51,929 nt of DNA from Atractiella rhizophila (taxonomy: Eukaryota): NCBI GenBank assembly GCA_021432655.1, contig MU271362.1, positions 1-51,929 of the forward strand, in the 5' to 3' direction. Shown here in pieces: positions 47,262 to 51,929 of this stretch. Under the pieces are notes generated by a model, which was not told where the DNA came from, searched no databases, and saw only the letters and a list, made by a program, of their open reading frames with translations. How positions within the stretch are numbered: position 1 is the first letter of the stretch; every line of letters begins with the position of its first letter. The position numbers were made by a program, and so were the translations under genes.

Positions 47262-48359
47262 TTAGAGAGGAAGTATGTGTTGTCGTGGTCCAGCCGGAAC
47301 AATACCATGTGGATTAACCTAAAAGGCTGTCACACATAAGACAGAGAGGATCAAAACTCAACGCACATGTCCATGACGGTTGTAACCGACCTTCAAATGT
47401 TCAAAGTTGGTCGTTGACTTGAATGCATCATTCTTCCAGTAGAGTTGACGAAGCTTCCAACTATGGATAAGTACAGCGGAACATTAGAAGACACTTGCAG
47501 CTTACCCATTTGTGAATGTGAGGATAATCGCTGTCACATTATCAGTTCTCGCAATGCGGAACATATCATACAAGAATACTTGCTGTCGGATGTCCTTGAG
47601 ATTGCACTGGAAAGGAATTCCTCAGCTGTATCATGTAAAATAGACAAAAGTGCACCCTGAAAGTAGAATAATAAGCGGGATCAAAGCGAATCATTGTAAC
47701 GTAAAGTCTGACGTCTGCTTCTGTCAGGCGTCCGCCAACGAGATAATCGCCTCCATTATTCGCAAGTATGCCTTCGATGCGATCCATCGCTTCGAAGAGT
47801 GGATATACGGCTGCTTCATATCCATCTTGATCCTTGGAGAAACCGGCTTTGTACACACCGTTATTAATCTGAGATTCGATTAAAGATAGCTCTGAGAGAG
47901 TCATCGACTTACATCGTTGTAGACCCTGCAGGAAGACAATGAGCGATCTCATTGGAAATACAGCTCGGAAAATCCTACCATTCGTTCAAAGCATCGATTT
48001 CACCCCTCAAATCTTTTGGATACAGGTCTAATTCCTTATTTGTAGCGAACTCGTCGAACTGTGTTGCGCGTCAGCACGCTCAACGGCTCAAGAAGCTTCA
48101 CACCTCTGCATGAAGCATCCTGATGATCTCGCTGCTCTCATTGTTCACAATTTTTCCAAGCTTCCGATCCCATAGCACAGGCACCGTAACTCGGGCACTG
48201 TATCCAGGGGACGCCTTGTCGTATATCTCTCTGAGCATAGTTACGTTTTCCAGAGGCTCCACATCCCACGTTCCGTCTTTTATGGGGTCTTTCTTCGCAT
48301 CGATGTCGTCTGGCCGTTTGAAACCCCATGGAACTTGGGGGTAGACAATCGAGACGCCT
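47262..48359 (-). pseudogene. Glutathionyl-hydroquinone reductase / Ecm4-type GST, 5'-truncated
   Basis: RVTVPVLWD, IVNNESSEIIRML, INNGVYKAGF, LTEADVRLYVTMIRFDPAY, VNPHGIVPAGP; exons for the N-terminal CPWA active site are absent, cut within an intron by repeat copy 2. Confidence 0.9.
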
Positions 48360-48394
48360 TTAACAATTATCAACGATTTCATGCTCCAGAACAA

Positions 48395-49349
48395 CTAATC
48401 TACCGGAGCCGCCATCTCTTCAATTCCTCACTGTCCCGCGTTTAGTCTTCCTTCCCTGCTCAGCCTTCCTCCTTGCCTCCTGTCACCTTGAACCAACCTG
48501 ACCCAATGCTCTCCTTGCACCTCAGAGCTCGAAAGCAGCCCTCGACATTGCTGCTTCTATCACCATGGTTGGCTGTCTACCGAACTAGGAAGGATTGCAC
48601 GATCAGTATGAGCGAATGGTTGGGGATAGAAACTGAAGCTTGAATAGTAGTCCGACGATCATCTTTTGCGGATGGATGAAAGGCGGCGCAAGGATCGAGA
48701 GCGAGAGGTTGCCTAACCCAAGCACTCCAATGTACCGGACCTGTCAGTTGCTGCCACCCACCTACGTCGAGGAGTTGAATCAAATTCTGGACGGAGGGAA
48801 GTCGTTCCTCATCCGTGATAATCCTGGCGGCAGAGCCGGAGTGGAACGAGTGGAGAATAGACGGGAATGCTCACGATCACACAAAGCCTTGATTGCTTAG
48901 TCTACACCAACGATTCCGTTTACGCCAAGGATGCGAAGAACAGAGGGGAATGAGGAGAAGGAAGAGATCGTCAAACGCTTCGTCATCGGTTTGCAAGGTA
49001 GACTCACAATCAAGGTTGCAGATTATCACCACATCTGCTTCTCTTGTGAGTGGAAAGCGGGGAACCGCCCCACGGAAGAGAGGGAGAAGGAGGCAGAGGG
49101 CAGATTATACACTTAGTAGCGAAGGTGGAGGTTGTCATCGATGTCGAGGAGGAAGCGGATCGCAAACTCAACAACAGAATGTACCCGCCAGCAGAGTTCA
49201 GACGCAGCTTGGGACGCTTATGAGGGACTTGAGCCAGATGAAGAGCAGCTGTTCGCCAATACGACGTGGAGAAGGCCCATGAGACCTTGAAAGGTAGTGA
49301 GTGTTTTAACATCTTATAGCAGGTTGGCTAATTCTAGTGTACCGTGGAA
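48395..49349 (+). repeat. 955-bp direct repeat, copy 2
   Basis: See copy 1. Confidence 0.95.
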
Positions 49350-50085
49350 CAGTTATGATGCTCGTTGAAGTAGTACAGTACCCCGCCTCAAAATCTCTCC
49401 CTAAACATGGTCTGCTGCCACCTGCCACCTCCTCCCCGCCTGTGCGTTCAACGCCTCTTTCACTAATGCATCCCACCTAACATTGGGATCTCAGTCATGA
49501 AGCCTGGGGGATGGACGTGATAAGGTTCTTCAACTGCAAAAGGCATGGTTGGAATCAAAATCTTGGATCTGCTTGCTCAGATGGATTCGTATCGTGATAG
49601 AGGGTTCTCGATCGCTCGATGGAAGACGAAGGAGACGTGCTGCTCGACCATCATCTCAAGAGAGACAACCGCAGACGCAATCGTTACTCAGCTTCTCCTC
49701 CAGATGATTCCATGGAAGACCAAATATCGGTCATCGCCCAATCTTCAACAAGCATTCACCCTGATGCTCTAACCATCTCACGACTCAGAGGACACTCGTC
49801 CATCTGCTCTCGTCCATCTGCTCTCTACACCGCATACAATTCAGACTACCGCTGTAATATCGGCGCAAGTCGAGCTGCTAAGCTGCCACAGGGCCGTCGA
49901 GTTACGGTTACAGGATGTTGAGTTTATTAATAATCCGTCACTGATTAAAGCGAAGCCTGATCAAAGTCCTTTTATTGAGTTTGTCAATATGACCTGAATA
50001 GAATATCGACTTGAAGGTCCAATCTCTTTGAATTGCTCGGAGATGACAGCAGTAGAATCTGCTACGGTTCCTTCTTTCAGATCTC

Positions 50086-50202
50086 CTGATGGCCGAAACT
50101 GTAGGATCTCTGATGGGCGACGTACTGTGGAATCCCTGATGGGCGACGTACTGTGGAATCCCTGATGGGCGACGTACTGCGGGATCTCTGATGGGCGACG
50201 TA
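50086..50202. repeat. 26-bp minisatellite CTGATGGGCGACGTACTGTGGAATCC, about 4.6 copies
   Basis: Units start at 50086, 50110, 50136, 50162 and 50188. Confidence 0.92.
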
Positions 50203-50368
50203 TAAAAACAGGGAACTCACTCTCCCGCTCGTCAACGAAGCAACAGTATGTAGAACTTCATGGTATAAAAGCCAGTTATAATGGGTCATGACCCTCCTCA
50301 CACGAAAATCTGGCTTGGTCTCTCCTAGGTTTATCCCACTCAATCTTTGCAGGTAATACATAAACGTA

Positions 50369-51080
50369 ATGTCTGAGGGATCGCTATTTCCACAAAGCGC
50401 TCGAGCATTCTTCCCATCTGGTCACTCGCTAGTATTCAACGTCAACAACCCTAAACGGCGTGCAGTTCTAGCGATCAAGCCCCAAGGAAGTTTGTACACT
50501 TTCCTCAGCTATCGCAGAAACGAAGTGGATCTCCAGTACTTCTCCAACAATGGATCAATTTCCGAGGCAGATTCCCCCGGCGCAGAGCCCTTGCATCTCC
50601 CTAAAGACACATACCCGGATATCCTTCTGATCAAAATCTGGAGCGACGGCAAGCGTGAGACCCCGATTACTTTGCTCAATGATCGAAAGAACTGGCTTAA
50701 AGGAATGGCATTTTTTTTTGGCTGATTCTGCCGGGCATTGCAGTCACTTCGATGATGGAGGAGCCTGCAAAAACAAGTTCGAATTCTTCGTTGAGAGATT
50801 TGTTTTCGACAAAGACGTCCTTCCTACGAACCTCAGGGTGCGACAACCTCCTATGAAGAAGCCAGGATTGATCGCTCAGCATATTGGCATTTCTTGCGGG
50901 AGATTTAACGAATTCCCTATCCTCAAAAGGGTTTGTCAGAGGTGGGGTAGAAAAACTGTACGCTGGTTCTTTCCCTGTTCTCAGCAGAGCCTGCTGACGC
51001 AGCGCCGGTCCTTCCCCTCAGGTGTGAAGCCTCTTGAACCTGAGACCCGCTTATTTCGGCTGACCAAACTCTGTTACTAG
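50369..51080 (+). CDS. Hypothetical protein split by a frameshift at a T9 homopolymer
   Basis: Two overlapping ORFs join if the T run near 50711-50719 changes by one base; no domain recognised. Confidence 0.35.
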
Positions 51081-51929
51081 TTTTTCACCCAATCAATTCC
51101 CCATACCGATGGCACAACTGGTCCTACTAGCTTCGTCTCACGAACGGCCACGAGCTTCAACAGCCCTGCGATACATTCTGGTGGGTCTGGCATACACGCT
51201 CAAGTCGCGAGGCCCTTACTGTACGAAGGGGTACCATTACTTCAGGTCAGAATTACCAACTTGATATTTGGAGAGTGGATTCCGCTAAATTCACTTGTTT
51301 TAGGAACTATCTTTTGAAGAACTCCTCCTAGGCTTTACAGGGCCTACGCCATCAGATCACGCTACCAGTTCTTCTCACGCGCCCTCTAGTTTGAGCTCTG
51401 GCGACGTCTTCACAACGCACATCTCTAACAATGTCAATAGAAGGATGCATCTTTCAATCGATTCAGAGCATGATGATGGCAGCAAGACGCCTGATATACT
51501 TCAAGTTCTCCAGAAGGTTAGCCTTATTTAATTCATTGCCTTTCTTCTTTTCTCGGTTGTTACGACTACTCCCTCTTTGTGCCTCACGGTCCCCCGTCAC
51601 CTACCCCACCTACCTCCCCTAACTTCCATTACGAGGCAGTACCTAGAAGCGACTAAAGTTAGAATCGACTAAATGACTCACTCCCCCAAGTTGACGTCGG
51701 CTTAGCTCAGGAAAGACAGATGTAACGTGTTCTCACGAAAGAGCGTAGCTCTACAATTGGAGACGCGCTGGCGAGTCAGGATAGCAGATTGGGGTCGGTT
51801 GATTTGGTGTCAACCGCACTGTGTTCACAGAACACCGTTTTTTGTGCGTGAAAGACAAGACAAGTTGCTTGAGAAGCATTTACACCCTCCGTCACGGGCA
51901 TTTCTACCGTTTGAATCTCTCGTTTTCAG

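Noticed and set aside
50086..50110. CTGATGGCCGAAAC resembling a hammerhead ribozyme core
   Set aside because: Lacks the A of CUGAUGA, has no proper stem III or cleavage triplet, and the other repeat units lack GAAA.
50086..50202. CRISPR-like appearance of the repeats
   Set aside because: Head-to-tail units without unique spacers, eukaryotic context, no cas genes.

Overview
Intron-rich fungal genomic DNA, most consistent with a basidiomycete (short GT-AG introns, chromovirus LTR elements, CpG/C-to-T erosion of repeats). Host genes: a partial amino-acid permease with a very long N-terminus, an F-box/LRR-like family (one near-intact copy, one relic), a She10-like membrane protein, an AT-hook protein, a divergent NADAR-domain ORF, an Aim9/Fmp29-type kinase-like gene, and a 5'-truncated Ecm4-type GST. 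A transposon nest at about 10.3-22 kb holds solo LTRs, a deleted Ty3/Gypsy chromovirus inserted in an SNF2 pseudogene, and a hAT relic. Main findings: (1) two tandem, covarying, multi-helix RNA-like units downstream of the chromovirus pol, each with a UGA near its 5' end and an AUG-sequestering hairpin at its 3' end; (2) a ~1.9 kb block beside the N-gap that encodes an F-box/LRR paralogue only when read backwards without complementing, probably an assembly error; (3) a three-exon, 55-aa, 6-Cys secreted peptide gene missed by the ORF track and tandemly duplicated; (4) a retroelement with a perfect TSD but two different LTR subtypes. All calls come from manual reading; no database searches were run.
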